Of a DNA stretch of 64,000 nt, positions 11,241-23,108 are shown piece by piece. Both the position numbers and the translations under genes were made by a program. A model generated the notes under the pieces. The model was not told the DNA's origin. It did not search any database and saw only the letters and a list, made by a program, of their open reading frames with translations. Every line of letters starts with the position of its first letter. The first letter of the stretch is position 1. Source of the stretch: Podarcis filfolensis (taxonomy: Eukaryota); the NCBI GenBank assembly GCA_964270895.1, contig OZ185445.1. The stretch is one strand, 5' to 3'.

Positions 11241-13708
11241 TTTTATTTGTACCCCGCCCTCCCCAGCCAAGGCCGGGCTCAGAGCGGCTTACAAGCAATA
11301 ATAAAAACAAGTTAAATGATTACAACTTAAAAACAAAATTAAAAATACAACATTAAAATATTGAAACATTAAAATATTAAAATGTAGCCTCATTGCAGGA
11401 GGAGAAGGAAAAGAAAAAAGAAAGAGAGGGAGGGAATCAAATTGGCTCCAAGCCAAAGGCCAGGCGGAACAACTCTGTCTTACAGGCCCTGCAGAAAGAA
11501 ATCAGATCCTGCAGGGCCCTGGTCTCATGAGGCAGGGCGTTCCACCAGGCCGGAGCCAGAGTTGAAAAGGCCCTGGCTCTGGTTGAAGCCAATATAACTT
11601 CCTTAGGGCCCGGGACCACTAGGGTGTTGCTATTTATGGACCTTGAGGCTCTCCGTGGGGCATACTGGGAGAGGCGGTCCCGTAGGTATGAGGGTCCTAG
11701 GCCGTGAAGGGCTTTAAAGGTCAAAAGCAGCACCTTAAATCTGATCCTGTACTCCACCGGGAGCCAGTGCAGCTTGAAAAGCACTGGGTGAATATGCTCC
11801 CATGGCAGAGACCCCGTGAGGGGTCTGCACCCGCTGGAGTTTCTGGGACAGCTTCAAGGGCATCCCCGCGTAGAGCGAATTACAGTAGTCAAGCCTGGAG
11901 ATGACCGTCGCATGGATCACTGTGGCCAGGTCAGGGCGGGAAAGGTAAGGGACCAACTGCTTGATGCGAAGGTGGAAAAATGTCGCCTTGGCTGTTGCTG
12001 TAACTTGCGCCTCCATGGAAAGGGAGGCATCAAGGATTACACCCAAACTCTTAACAGAAGGCAATGGCACTAATTGGGGCCCCGCAAGAGAAGGGAGTTG
12101 GTCTCTCATCCCCATGCCATCCCGACCCAGCCATAGGACCTCTGTCTTCGAAGGATTTAGTTTCAATCGGCTCCCACGAAACCATCCAGCCACAGCTTCC
12201 AAGCATCTGGTCAATGTGTTCGGGGCCGAGTCGGTGTGGCCATCCATCAGCAGATAGAGCTGAGTATCATCAGCATATTGGTGACAACCCAGCCCAAAGC
12301 TCCGGATAATCTGGGCAAGGGGGTGCATAAAGATGTTAAAAAGCATTGGGGAGAGGATTGCACCCTGCAGCACTCCACACACCAAGGAGTGGCGCAGCGA
12401 CATTTCCCTCCCTAGTACCACCCTCTGTCCCCGACCAGAGATAAAAGAGCACAGCCAGTTACGGGCTATGCCGTCTGCGAGGCGGTGGTCCAAAAGATCA
12501 TGATCGACCATGTCAAAGGCTGCTAACAAATCTAAAAGGATCACCAGTCCTGACCCGCCTCGATCCAGCTGTCTACGGAGATTGTCTGTTAGGCCGTCTC
12601 GGTCCCAAAACCAGGACGGAAACTGGACTGAAATGGATCTAAAGCCGATGTTTCCTCCAGAAACCTACCAAGCTGTTCAGCAACCGCTCTCTCAATTACC
12701 TTACCCAGATATGGAAGATTTGAAACTGGGCGGTAATTGGATAGGTCTAAGGGATCTAATGAAGTTTTATTTAAGAGTGGAAATACCACTGCTTCCTTCA
12801 GTTCCCCTGGGAATGTCCCCGTGTCAAGGGACAAATTGATAATTTCAACCAGGGGGCCCGCGCAACATCTGGACACTCCCTAATCAGCCAAGACGGGCAC
12901 GGATCAAGGAGGCAGGTGGTGGGCCTACCAACTTGGAGGAATCTATCCACATCAGCAGGGAGTATTCGATCGAAATGGTCCAACACTGGACCTGAAGTCA
13001 ATCAAGGGGCCTCCAGTTCAGTCACTGTATCTAAATTGGCAGGGAGGTCACGGCGGAGCAACAGGACTTTCTCCGCAAAAAAGCTCGCGAATGCCTCACA
13101 GCTGTGGGTCGAATTTGTGCTTAAATTTGGTTCTCCTCCTAAGGACATTATTGATCTAATTATTCTTAAAAGTTGTGCCAGGCGAGAGCTAGCGGATGCA
13201 ATGGAAGTTGCAAAGTAAGATTTCTTAGCAGCTTTCATAGCCATCTCATAGGCTTTCATAAGCATCCTATAAGATGTTCTTGAGGCTCCATCACGAGTCC
13301 GTCGCCATACTCGCTCTAGCCGTCTGAGATCCCGCTTCATTTTCCGGAGCTCCTCAGTAAACCAAGGGGCCCGGTTTCGATGGGGTCGCAGAGGGCGCTT
13401 AGGCGCGATCTCATCAATGGCTGCCAAGAGCCGGTTATTCCAGTCCTCAACAAGGTCATCTAATGAGTCGCCAGGAGGAGCAGGGTCCCGCAAGGCTTGT
13501 TGGAATCTATCAGGATCCATCAGTTTTCGCGGACGAGCCCAAATAGGTTCGCCACCCGAGCAGGGGAGGAGCGGGAAGTCAATCTTGGCTTTCAGAGCGT
13601 AGTGATCAGACCATGGCACTTCCACAGGGGGGAGCATGATCACATCTATGCCAGCCCCAAAGATCAGATCCAGCGTGTGGCCTGCTTGATGAGTAGAGAT
13701 GACTAGGT
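11194..13708 (-). mobile_element. L2-clade LINE, 5'-truncated (about 2.5 kb), ORF2 broken by frameshifts
   Basis: Minus-strand ORFs give endonuclease end (THQAGHTLDLIF, SDH) and RT motifs (LLDLLAAFD, QGAILSPMLFNIFM, YADDTQLY, RLDYCNSL, LHWLPVEYRIRFKVLLLTFKAL); 3' stem-loop UTR and (TTA)n tail at 11194-11240. Confidence 0.96.
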
Positions 13709-14575
13709 TGCTAGTTTTGTGGCCCTGCATGGGCAAGGAGAGAAGAGTAGAGACCCTGTTTGGGTTGCACCTACAATCCTCAACCCAGCCTTGCTGGAAA
13801 CTTGGAAAGGGTGTCCTGGGCAGGAGCTCTACAGAAGGGGAGGATGACAGTGCAGACCTAAGGGAAGACCACTCATCTTTGGACTATAAATATGGGCCCA
13901 GGTGTTTAGGAATCATATTGTACCCTCCCACCCTGTTTTGGTGATACTTTAGATTTTCCTTTATTACCACTTGTGGGATGATGTATTGTATACTGCTGTG
14001 GATGGAGGCCAGCCACTAGGTAATCAGGACTGGAAAGGAAGTTTACCCACAGGTACAATTGGGCCAGACTCTTTGTGGGGACGGGGTTGACCTTTATCAT
14101 ACCAATAAGGTGGTGTAGTTGCTTCCAGTAGGAGAGGCACTGCATTGAATTCATAGTCAGGTTAAGCAGGAGATGGTCGCCCCACTTCCCCCAGAGATGG
14201 TCTTGGGTGCTGTCCTATGCAGTGGAGGCTGCCCCACAAACCTCAGTCTGTCCTCAGACAGCCCCCACATGCCACCCTTCTTACATTCAGTCAGGGGGTA
14301 ACCCTGTCTGCCATTGCATTTTGTTGGTCCTCCCAACATCTGCCCTAACATTACCAATGGGCACCAGAAAAAAATTGTCCCTATGCCCACAACCCTAGCT
14401 TAGGAGACTGTCGGGCTACCACCCACCCATGTTGCCTGAAGGGCCCACTGGTATGGTTCACAGCATAATGGGCCCACAAATCTCACTAGCTCCGCATAGG
14501 AGAGGCCACCACTTCGGCCTGAAGTAGAACATTAATGAGCAGTTAAGCTCCCCAATGACTAGTTTCTTGCCATAG

Positions 14576-14631
14576 GCTACATCAAACCCTGTGCACTGTT
14601 ATCAATGAAACTGTGGCAATGTTAAATCCAG
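14576..14631 (+). CDS. Candidate internal coding exon (R)LHQTLCTVINETVAMLNP(E)
   Basis: Acceptor TTTCTTGCCATAG|, strong donor CAG|GTAAGC at 14632; phase 2-to-1 frame is open and fits both neighbouring candidate exons. Confidence 0.4.
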
Positions 14632-14864
14632 GTAAGCTTCTGTGTTGTTATTACTCCCATTCCCTACTTCCTGACTGCATGGTCACAAGAATGAGCACTG
14701 TAGAATGTTTTCACAGCTTATAAAAATAAAGGTCTGTGCTTTAATCGCTTTTTAATGCATGCATGAACTTATAAATGCCTTAACACTTTTCTTACTGAGG
14801 GGTGCTTTTTATCCTACAGTAATATGTACTTTCAGTCACATCTGTGCTTCAAACATAGTGTTAG

Positions 14865-15010
14865 CAGGGTTGCCATATTTTGAAGAGCAAAAAGGAGGAC
14901 ATGTTTACCAACTTCCACTTTTAACTATGGATTTCTCTGACGACTCTCATTTTACATACCCATGAAAAAGAGGATGTGCCCTGGAAAAAGAGGGCATATG
15001 GCAACCCCAA
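14865..15010. mobile_element. Short non-autonomous DNA transposon with AGGGTTGCCA termini (PIF/Harbinger-like, uncertain)
   Basis: Inverted ends AGGGTTGCCATAT ... ATATGGCAACCC. Confidence 0.6.
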
Positions 15011-17348
15011 GTTGCATCATTCCCCTGGCGTTGTCTGATCAATATAAAAGATCAGTGGTTAGGAGGCCCCAGTCCCACACCAACTACAACAAATAACATT
15101 CAGTTAGGTGTGCAGTCTTATCAAGGCCTTAAATTAGGCCTTCCTGAGCAAATGGCAGGAGACCTTCCTTTGTATATTTCATCAGTGTTATTCCTAATTC
15201 TTCCAGCCCCAATTTGTGAATACAAAATTGCATTTTAGTATTGGTATTTCTTTCTGTGATGCAGCTAAACACAAATCGAGGGCAGTAACAATAGCCTATA
15301 GGGCAAGCAGACAATTCAAGGCCACCCATCAATTCAAGTCCTCAAGAATGTCAGCTAGTTCAGCTCCCATCCCCTTCACATTTGTCACTATCTAGCATCT
15401 TTACATTCACATTGGTATTGCTTGAAACACTAGCATTTGTGATGACGTGTTAGCTGAATGAATCTTACTTAATTTTGAAAGATCAGTCTTGATGGGAAAA
15501 CACTGCTGCTTACTTGTGCCGTTTTGCAGAACGATATTGCTTTCAAATTGAGCTTTCTAATTCAGCTGAGTTTAATGTGTTTCTCTTTTATATCATATGG
15601 GTGGATTTAAAAACTCCTCTGCTTTTTTTTAAAAAAAATAATCATCATGAAAAATTCCATAATATTTCCATTTCATTTAAAAGCCAGCTTTCGAAAAGCA
15701 TTTGCAAGTCAAGGAAGGAGAGTGCAGGCAGCTGCAGTCCATAGGTCAACCAACCATTAGTAATATGGTACAGCTATTAGATTGCAATTATATTTGGATC
15801 TTGTCTGAGTGAACAGTTGGAATGTGAACTGCTTTGTAATAACACATTTTAATAAAATGAGGGAACAGATGTCAAATCAGCTCTAATCTGCCCCAATTGA
15901 GCAGAATTTGACATTAGTGTTAAGCAGCTGTATAAATTTCTGTAAAGGTAAGACATTTACCAAGCCATCCTTTGCCAAGCTCATGCCCTCCAGATGTTTT
16001 GGGCTAACTTGGAACTGTTGTTTGCCTTCATCAACCATGCATCAAATATTTGAGAACTGTGAACGGACACTGAGCACATCTGGAGAACTTTTTCCCAAGT
16101 GCTCAGCAGTGAACCAACACTAGTCTGAATCAAAGCTAATGTTGGCAAAGTGAAACTATCCTACAACAATATTTGCTGATGGAGTAACATGGTGCAAAAC
16201 AGGATATACTAATTGATTTCGTGACTGTGTCACCTCGCTTCATACTGAAATCTATAAAACTAGAAAGAAGCCTTAAATTCCATTTGTGCAGCTGACACGC
16301 TTCCTAGATAAGGAATTTTTATTGTTGTTAATCAGACAAGCTTTATTCATTTTCTGTCGTTTGTACTTGCAACATTAATGTAATTGTCAGTTTTAGAAAT
16401 CTCATAGGGGCCGAACAGTCTTCTAATCAGGAGCCCCACTGTAAATAATCATACCCATTTGGGTACATCTTCGCTAATGCAGCACTTGAGTGCTAGACAT
16501 TTGCTGCAGATCCTTCACATGGCATTACAGATTCTCCCCACAATAAAAAAAATCTCAATCACACTCCATAGGAGGCTTCAGACAACCCACACACATGTGA
16601 TGTCCCTCACACCCCGCCCCAGCTTTTGAAGTTTGATTATTAGAAGCCAGTGCTGATTACAAATGATGAAGTAATCACCAACATGATTCATTAATTGTAT
16701 TTTTGACATCCTTAGCATTTGCAAGAGCTATAGATGTCAGGTGTACAAGGCAGAAAGCAGATCTAGCTCATTAAAATACTGCTAATCTGAATAGCCAAAC
16801 ATTTTTCTTTTAAAATACCATAGTAGCAGCAGTAATAAATTGAATTCAATAAGCTAATAGAATTCACATCAATAAATGAACTGCAGTGTAATTAATCCCT
16901 CAAATTTGTGATTTCTATATAACTCACTGCATATTATCATTAGAGTTCAATAGGACTACTCAAAAGAAAGTGCTTCAAATTGGCTCAGAAGTATTCATGA
17001 AAGACAGTTCATCCAAGGAAACTATCCCATCTATCTAAAATGTCGCTATAGTAAGTAAGGGGACCCTCGTCAACAGCATGGGAGGAATGCAACTGCTGCT
17101 GAGGGAGAGGGAGTTCTCCACAATGAGGTGGAGACTATTGAGATTATTAATTTTACGCTTGTGGAAGCCACTGGATTAACAACTCTGGCTCTTGCATTTA
17201 AATAAAGATTCTTCAGCCCAAAATATGGTTCAAAAGCTTTACTCACAGAACTTAACTTCAAATATCTAAAAAACCCACACCAAATAGTTACATTCACTTA
17301 GTTGAATAACTCTTACACTGCTCCCAGCATAAGGCATAATAACCTAAA

Positions 17349-17448
17349 AAGGTAAAGGTACCCCTGCCCGTACGGGCCAATCTTGTCCGACTCTAGGGTT
17401 GTGCACCCATCTCACTTAAGAGCCCGGGGGCCAGCGCTGTCCGGAGAC
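17349..17448 (-). mobile_element. Sauria SINE 3' fragment (different subfamily)
   Basis: AAGGTAAAGGTACCCCTGCCCGTACGGGCC...CCGACTCTAGGGTTGTGC.CCCATCTC. Confidence 0.8.
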
Positions 17449-18013
17449 TCCTGAACATTTGCTGGGTGCCATAAGATCCTAGCTTTATATGCTACAATCC
17501 CAAGTATACTTTTAAGGGACTAAGTCTTATGGAATTCAAATAAATTTCTAAGTTAAAATGTTTAGGTTGCCATTATCCAAACCTATTTCTTTTCATCCAT
17601 TTACCTTAGCTTTTTTAAAATCAACCAAAAGCAGATAAAATGTTTTGATATAATTAACACAGAGCCATAAGTATTTGACATTCCAAGTGAATAGATGAAC
17701 ATCATAAATCATCACACGAGAATTTCTTTCAAAACAGGCTTTCCAGTTATTATGTTTTATGTGGAAACTGGTATACAGTCAGCCATGCAGAGTAGTGCTA
17801 AAATATCACAGGGGCTTTCAAATGAATTCTTTCAAGTCCATGGTGCATTCTAAATACCAACATAATATCACCAATTAAAATATGAAACAGAAGTTTTACA
17901 GTTCATATGCTACTCAGCTATCTTATGTACCAAAGCAGGCAGGATCAATCCTAAGTGTAATCCCAAGTAACTTCAAGACATGCTGACCCAAATTGTAACT
18001 GGGGAACCTATAG

Positions 18014-18145
18014 CAGGCATAGGCAAACTCGGCCCTCCAGCTGTTTTGGGACTACAACTCCCATCATCCCTAGCTAACAGGACCAGTAGTCAGGGATGAT
18101 GGGAGTTGTACTCCCAAAACATCAGGAGGGCTGAGTTTGCCTGAC
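18014..18145. mobile_element. Palindromic hAT-like MITE
   Basis: CAGGCATAGGCAAACTC ... GAGTTTGCCTG termini; long internal inverted repeat GGGACTACAACTCCCATCATCCCT / AGGGATGATGGGAGTTGTACTCCC. Confidence 0.85.
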
Positions 18146-19170
18146 CTACCTTGAAGACAGGGAGGTCTACCAACACCTAGGGATCCTTACTAGATTCTGA
18201 AACTGCTAGACTCTGAAACAACCATCTATGCTATTGTGACAGAGACTGGCATGATGAACTCCTCACTGCTAGCTCCCTGGCAGAAGATTGACACACTCAA
18301 GACATTCCTCCTCACCAGAGCTGACTTTGCATTTCGAGGATCAGCTGTCCAGAAAGTGGCCCTAAACAGAGCTGACTGAACACTCACAAACCTACGCATC
18401 CTGCAGTAACAAGGAACAGCAGTTCAAAAATTGGGAGACTTCTGGGATGTTTAAGTCATCACCCTTGTCTTTTGCCTCCTCTCCTGCCCAGAAAACACCA
18501 TAAAGATAACAGCACATGACACCCTAAGAGACGTTCAAAAAAGATTACCATGGACTCCACCAAAGAAAGCCTAGCCACCTGTTTGTGGATCATTGCTAGA
18601 AAACGAGTTTGGCCATGATAGTGATGATTTCCCTTTTCACCTGCACCCAGAATATGACATGCCACCTAAGTAAGCTTATTGGCTGCCAGTGGGCCTGGAA
18701 CTGTGGAAGAAAATCCTCGATTGCCACCAGCCAACACAGCCAGTTCTTCACTTGCAGATGTCTTGAGAGCCCTCTGAAAGAGTTGATAAAATATAAATAT
18801 GTCTTCACAGTCAATAGCAAGCCAGACCAGGGAATGATGTTTGAAGTCACAGGACAATGGAATGCCAGCAACCACTACAGGCCACACAGAGACTTCACAT
18901 GCTTTGTCAACTGGCTTCTGTCAACTTTGTGCACCACTCCCATCTGAGCTTTGTACCCTTCAATGGAACCATCACGTCCAGCAACCAAAACAAGCACTGT
19001 TTTCACTGCAGGCACTCCAGCAAGATCCTTCTGCATGTGCTCTGCAGCTGCAAACCCCATTCAATGGCATGGAAGTACCCACACAACACAATGACAAGCC
19101 ATCTAGCCAAAGCCACTCCTGCTATCTCGCCGAACTGCCGCAGGAAGCCAGCTGAGACCCAACAAATCAT
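18146..19170 (+). mobile_element. Fossil R2-superfamily (NeSL clade, Utopia-like) non-LTR retrotransposon: RT thumb to CCHC zinc knuckle
   Basis: Collinear translated blocks LEDREVYQHLGI, SLLAPWQKIDTLKTF, FRGSAVQKVALNRAD, LGDFWDV*VIT, KPDQGMMFEVTGQWNASNH, VPFNG, and CFHCRHSSKILLHVLCSCKPHSMAW..HN (C-x2-C-x8-H-x4-C); many stops and frameshifts. Confidence 0.85.
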
Positions 19171-20028
19171 TTGAAACAAAGGAGCATATATAACAGCATT
19201 AAATAATGTTTATGAATTTAATCACCTGTAAATGTTTTCCAGGAGGCTTAGGGAATCTAGTCAGATTAAGTTAATTCTCATCACCTATTTAAAGCTGATC
19301 TCAGGGTGCTTGCCTAATAAATTGGGGGTTGTCAGTTTGAAACAGGCAAATGGTTGAGTAAAAAGTACTATCACCACACATTTAAACCAAGTCTATTAGG
19401 AATTGGATTACTTCTAAAAGTTCAGAGCCCTAATTGCCACTTGTATTAGAAGCACAGCTGCCAGCTTTCAACTACTGTGGTTCTTAAAAGTGAGAACAGA
19501 GCCTTGGGGAGGTGCTTGCTATTAACTAGGTTACCACTGATTAGGATTTCTGCAGATATCCATAAAAAGTGTGAAACCCACATTGGCTTCCAGTGGGTTG
19601 GACCAGAGTCACAAAACAGCTGGCCTGTCTATTAGACACTTTGCAGCTTTCTGCCAAGTAAGGATGATTTCATTGGCACCTAGAGAGCTCAGTGGCAATA
19701 AGTTCCATGACTGGTATGATGAAACTTTTCCATTCATTTTCTTAAAGTTGATGCCCATCCATTTCAGTGAATACTGCATTTTAAGGGATTAGAAAGGTGA
19801 TGTCAAGCTTCTGTCAGGGACCCTTCCCCACATTGATGCCTTCCAGAGGTTTTGGACTAGAACTCGCTAAACATTGGTCATGCTGGCTGGGGCTGGTGAG
19901 AACTGGAGCCCCCAAAATGTGGGGACTGGGGCAATATCAAGTCATTGAAAACTGCTGAAAGGCTTTCTCATAATGCAAAGCCAGTAGCATATTTCCAAAA
20001 TGTCTTTTTAAATGTTCTTAATTATAAA

Positions 20029-20368
20029 GAAGTGAGAGCTGGACCATAAAGAAGGCTGATCGCTGAAGAATTGATGCTTTTGAATTATGGTGCTGGAGGA
20101 GACTCTTGAGAGTCCCATGGACTGCAAGAAGATCAAACCTATCCATTCTTAAGGAAATCAGCCCTGAGTGCTCATTGGAAGGACAGATTGTGAAGCTGAG
20201 GCTCCAATACTTTGGCCACCTCATGAGAAGAGAAGACTCCCTGGAAAAGACCCTGATGTTGGGAAAGAAGGGAACGACAGAGGATGAGATGGTTGGATAG
20301 TGTTCTCAAAGCTACCAGCCTGAGTTTGACCAAACTGTGGGAGGCAGTGGAAGACAGGAGTGCCTAGT
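20029..20368 (+). mobile_element. BovB (RTE clade) LINE 3' fragment with internal deletion
   Basis: RVPWTARRSNLSILKEISPECSLEGQIVKLRLQYFGHLMRREDSLEKTLMLGK. Confidence 0.93.
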
Positions 20369-21189
20369 GTGGTGTCTGTGTTGCAGTGGAGTAAGTGTGG
20401 GGAAAGAGTGCTCAGGACACTATTGGTGTTAGCTGTAGCTAGGGATGAGAGGAAAATTCAGTTCAGTTTGCATAGTACCAAACTTGCACTTTTTGAAAAA
20501 AGTTGCAAACCAAATGAGCATGAGTACTTCCTAACAATTTGTAAATATCCCTGCCAAAGATTGATGCCCAGTTCCATAGATAAGTGCTGTGGGAGAGGCC
20601 TATGCTTTGCTATTCTTGAATTTAGGGTTTTGCTAGGTGTTGCTACTTCCTTGCAAAAAACAAACAAAAGGGAAAAGATTAAAACTCCTGTTCCTTGAAA
20701 TCACATAAAATATATATTTCTCCTGGTGAAGATCGAGTTGCACCCTTGCCCAAGGATTAAATAGTATAGACCACCTATCCAGCCATATGTCAGACTTTAC
20801 TACAGAAATGTGGCTATTTCTTTGACCCTTGAGGAAGTGTGGAACTAGAAACAAGTCAGGCAGAATAGATCTTCCGGTGTGTATTTTCTGACAACAGCTG
20901 TTTATGTCTTCTTTTGCTGTAAGTCACTTTACAGCTGTTTGACTCCCATTCTGTTTGGATGTTGTTAGTTCCTTACTAAGCGACTTGGGGTGCAAATGGT
21001 CAACCCTGAGTCAGGTGCAGGAGCAGCCTTGCCCGTTCCTTTCCTAAAACCAAGGAAATCATGTGGGATAGCATTGATTCAAATACCTAAAAGTACCCTC
21101 AAAACCACAGAGCATTCTGGATATTAGACATTTTCTTTTCCCATATGTGGCAGCTCACACTGCCAATGAACTAGGGTAATTTGATGGGC

Positions 21190-21275
21190 TATTATTATTA
21201 TTTATTAAATTTATATTCCGCCTTATACTTGCAGGTCTCAGGGCGGTTCACAAGATAAAATCGTAATTTAAAACA
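21190..21275 (-). mobile_element. L2-type 3' end relic
   Basis: (ATT)n followed by ATTCCGCCTT...CTCAGGGCGGTTCACAA stem-loop. Confidence 0.6.
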
Positions 21276-21500
21276 TAAAATACATTAACATTATATAAAA
21301 ACAGGAACAACTCAATAATCCCCCCCTCCACATTTACCATGGTTGCATGGTAATGCTTGAAACACATTGGATCAATTGTTGTTTAATGATCCCATAATGC
21401 CACTGTGAGCCACAATGTCGGTAACTTCAAGATTGGACTACTGTAGTGAGCTCTGTGAGGGGCTGCCATTAAGGCTGCGCCAGAAGTTGTAAATACAGTA

Positions 21501-21724
21501 CAGTGGAACCTCGGGTTGAGAAGGTGATCACAACCCGCAGTGCCTCTTCTGCGCATGTGCAGGTCACAATTCAGCACTTCTGTGCATGCACAAAGTGTGA
21601 TTTAGCACTTCACATGCGCAAGCGCCAAAACCCAAAAGTAACCTGCTCTGGTACTTCCAGGTTCGGTGCAGTGTGCAACCCGAAAACATGTAACCTGAAG
21701 CGTCTGTAACCCAAGGTACCACTG
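21501..21724. mobile_element. Tigger-like MITE
   Basis: TA|CAGTGGAACCTC ... AAGGTACCACTG|TA. Confidence 0.88.
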
Positions 21725-22091
21725 TAGTATGAAATGCAGCCGCTAGCCTACTGATTGGGTGTGCAGGCTGTCAATAAACTGCCAAGCTGGGCTTAAGGTT
21801 TTTATGCTCACATATAAACGATGTATTATTTATTTGTTAATTTTGCATGCCGCCCTTCATCCTAAGATTTCAGGGCAGTTCACTGCATAGAAATACAAAC
21901 CAAACCACAAAGGAAGTAAAGGAAGAACCAAAACAAAGCAAACCCACAACTCCCCCCTCCCACAAACACATTTAAAAGAACAATAGAAGGTTAATCATCC
22001 ACAAAGAGGAAACGTTTTCACCTGGCATCGAAAGAGGCATCATGAAGGCAACTTAGGACCAGGTTAATTGAATGAACATATTCTCCCTTAT

Positions 22092-22410
22092 GGGGCACGG
22101 GTGGTGCTGTGGGTTAAACCACGGAGCCTAAGCCTTGCCGATCAGAAGGTTGGCGGTTCGAATCCCCGCAACAGGGTGAGCTCCCATTGCTCGGTCCTAG
22201 CTCCTGCCAACCTAGCAGTTCGAAAGCACGTCAAAGTGCGGAAAGGTAAACGGCAGTTCCATGCGCTGCTCTGGTTCGCCAAAAGCGGATTAGTCATGAT
22301 GGCCACATGACCCGGAAGCTGTACACCAGCTCCCTTGGCCAATAAAACGAGATGAGCGTCACAACCCCAGAGTCGGCCACGACTGGACCTAATAGTCAGG
22401 GGTCCTTTTA
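22092..22410 (+). mobile_element. Sauria SINE with 12-bp target-site duplication
   Basis: SINE body flanked by TATTCTCCCTTA at 22079-22090 and 22409-22420. Confidence 0.93.
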
Positions 22411-22778
22411 TTCTCCCTTACTGACTTCCTAGATGACAGAGATTGGCTGATGAGGTTCTCCTGATTGTTCCCCAGCCAATGAAGATTTGCTTAGCAATAA
22501 TCAGAGCCTAAATATTGGTGTCACTCTTCTCCTGAGCTTAGTTGAATACCAACACTATCGACCGTCTGCCGCTTATAAAACACATCCAGCTGCCGAGCAT
22601 TTGCAGGTGCTTAATTTCTAGTAGGTTAATCGTATTTTAACCCTGCTCTGGCTTTCAGCTGCATTTTTCTTTTCTGTTGTAATTTTAATGTTGGCATTTT
22701 TAAATTTGTGACTGTTGCAAAAGGCAGTATAGAATTGTCTAAATAAACAAATGCACAGAGAAATATAAGCATACATAA

Positions 22779-23108
22779 TGAAATATACTCAGAGTCACAA
22801 AGTGATTTCATGCTCTTTATTCAGCTCATAGTGGTGAGGAGGAATGAATCGAAGTCCCCTCAAAGTATCTGCTTTATATACATTATTTACACAATGGGCT
22901 GCACATGATTGGCTAATTCCGGAATTCTACTGTAAGCCAATCAGGTTGTGGATTCACTTCTATCTGGAGCATGATTGGGTGGTTCCTGCCAACCAATCAT
23001 ACTGCTGCATTGTTCTAGGACCAATCAGACTGCTGCCTTTTGGATCCTATTGTTCTAGGACCAATCAGACTGCTGCAGTTTGGATCCTATTCAACTCAGT
23101 ACATAACA
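22779..23108 (-). mobile_element. Solo LTR (330 bp), copy 1
   Basis: TG...CA termini, perfect 5-bp TSD CATAA, six CCAAT/ATTGG boxes, minus-strand TATATAAAG then AATAAA; near-identical to 50125-50454. Confidence 0.9.

Noticed and set aside
11437-13736. Long minus-strand ORFs as a host gene
   Set aside because: They are frameshifted pieces of L2 ORF2; the overlapping plus-strand ORFs are antisense shadows.
17900-19300. U2 snRNA gene or pseudogene flanking the Utopia-like fragment
   Set aside because: No U2 sequence (e.g. ATCGCTTCTCGGCCTTTTGG or GTGTAGTATCTGTTCTT) is visible on either strand.
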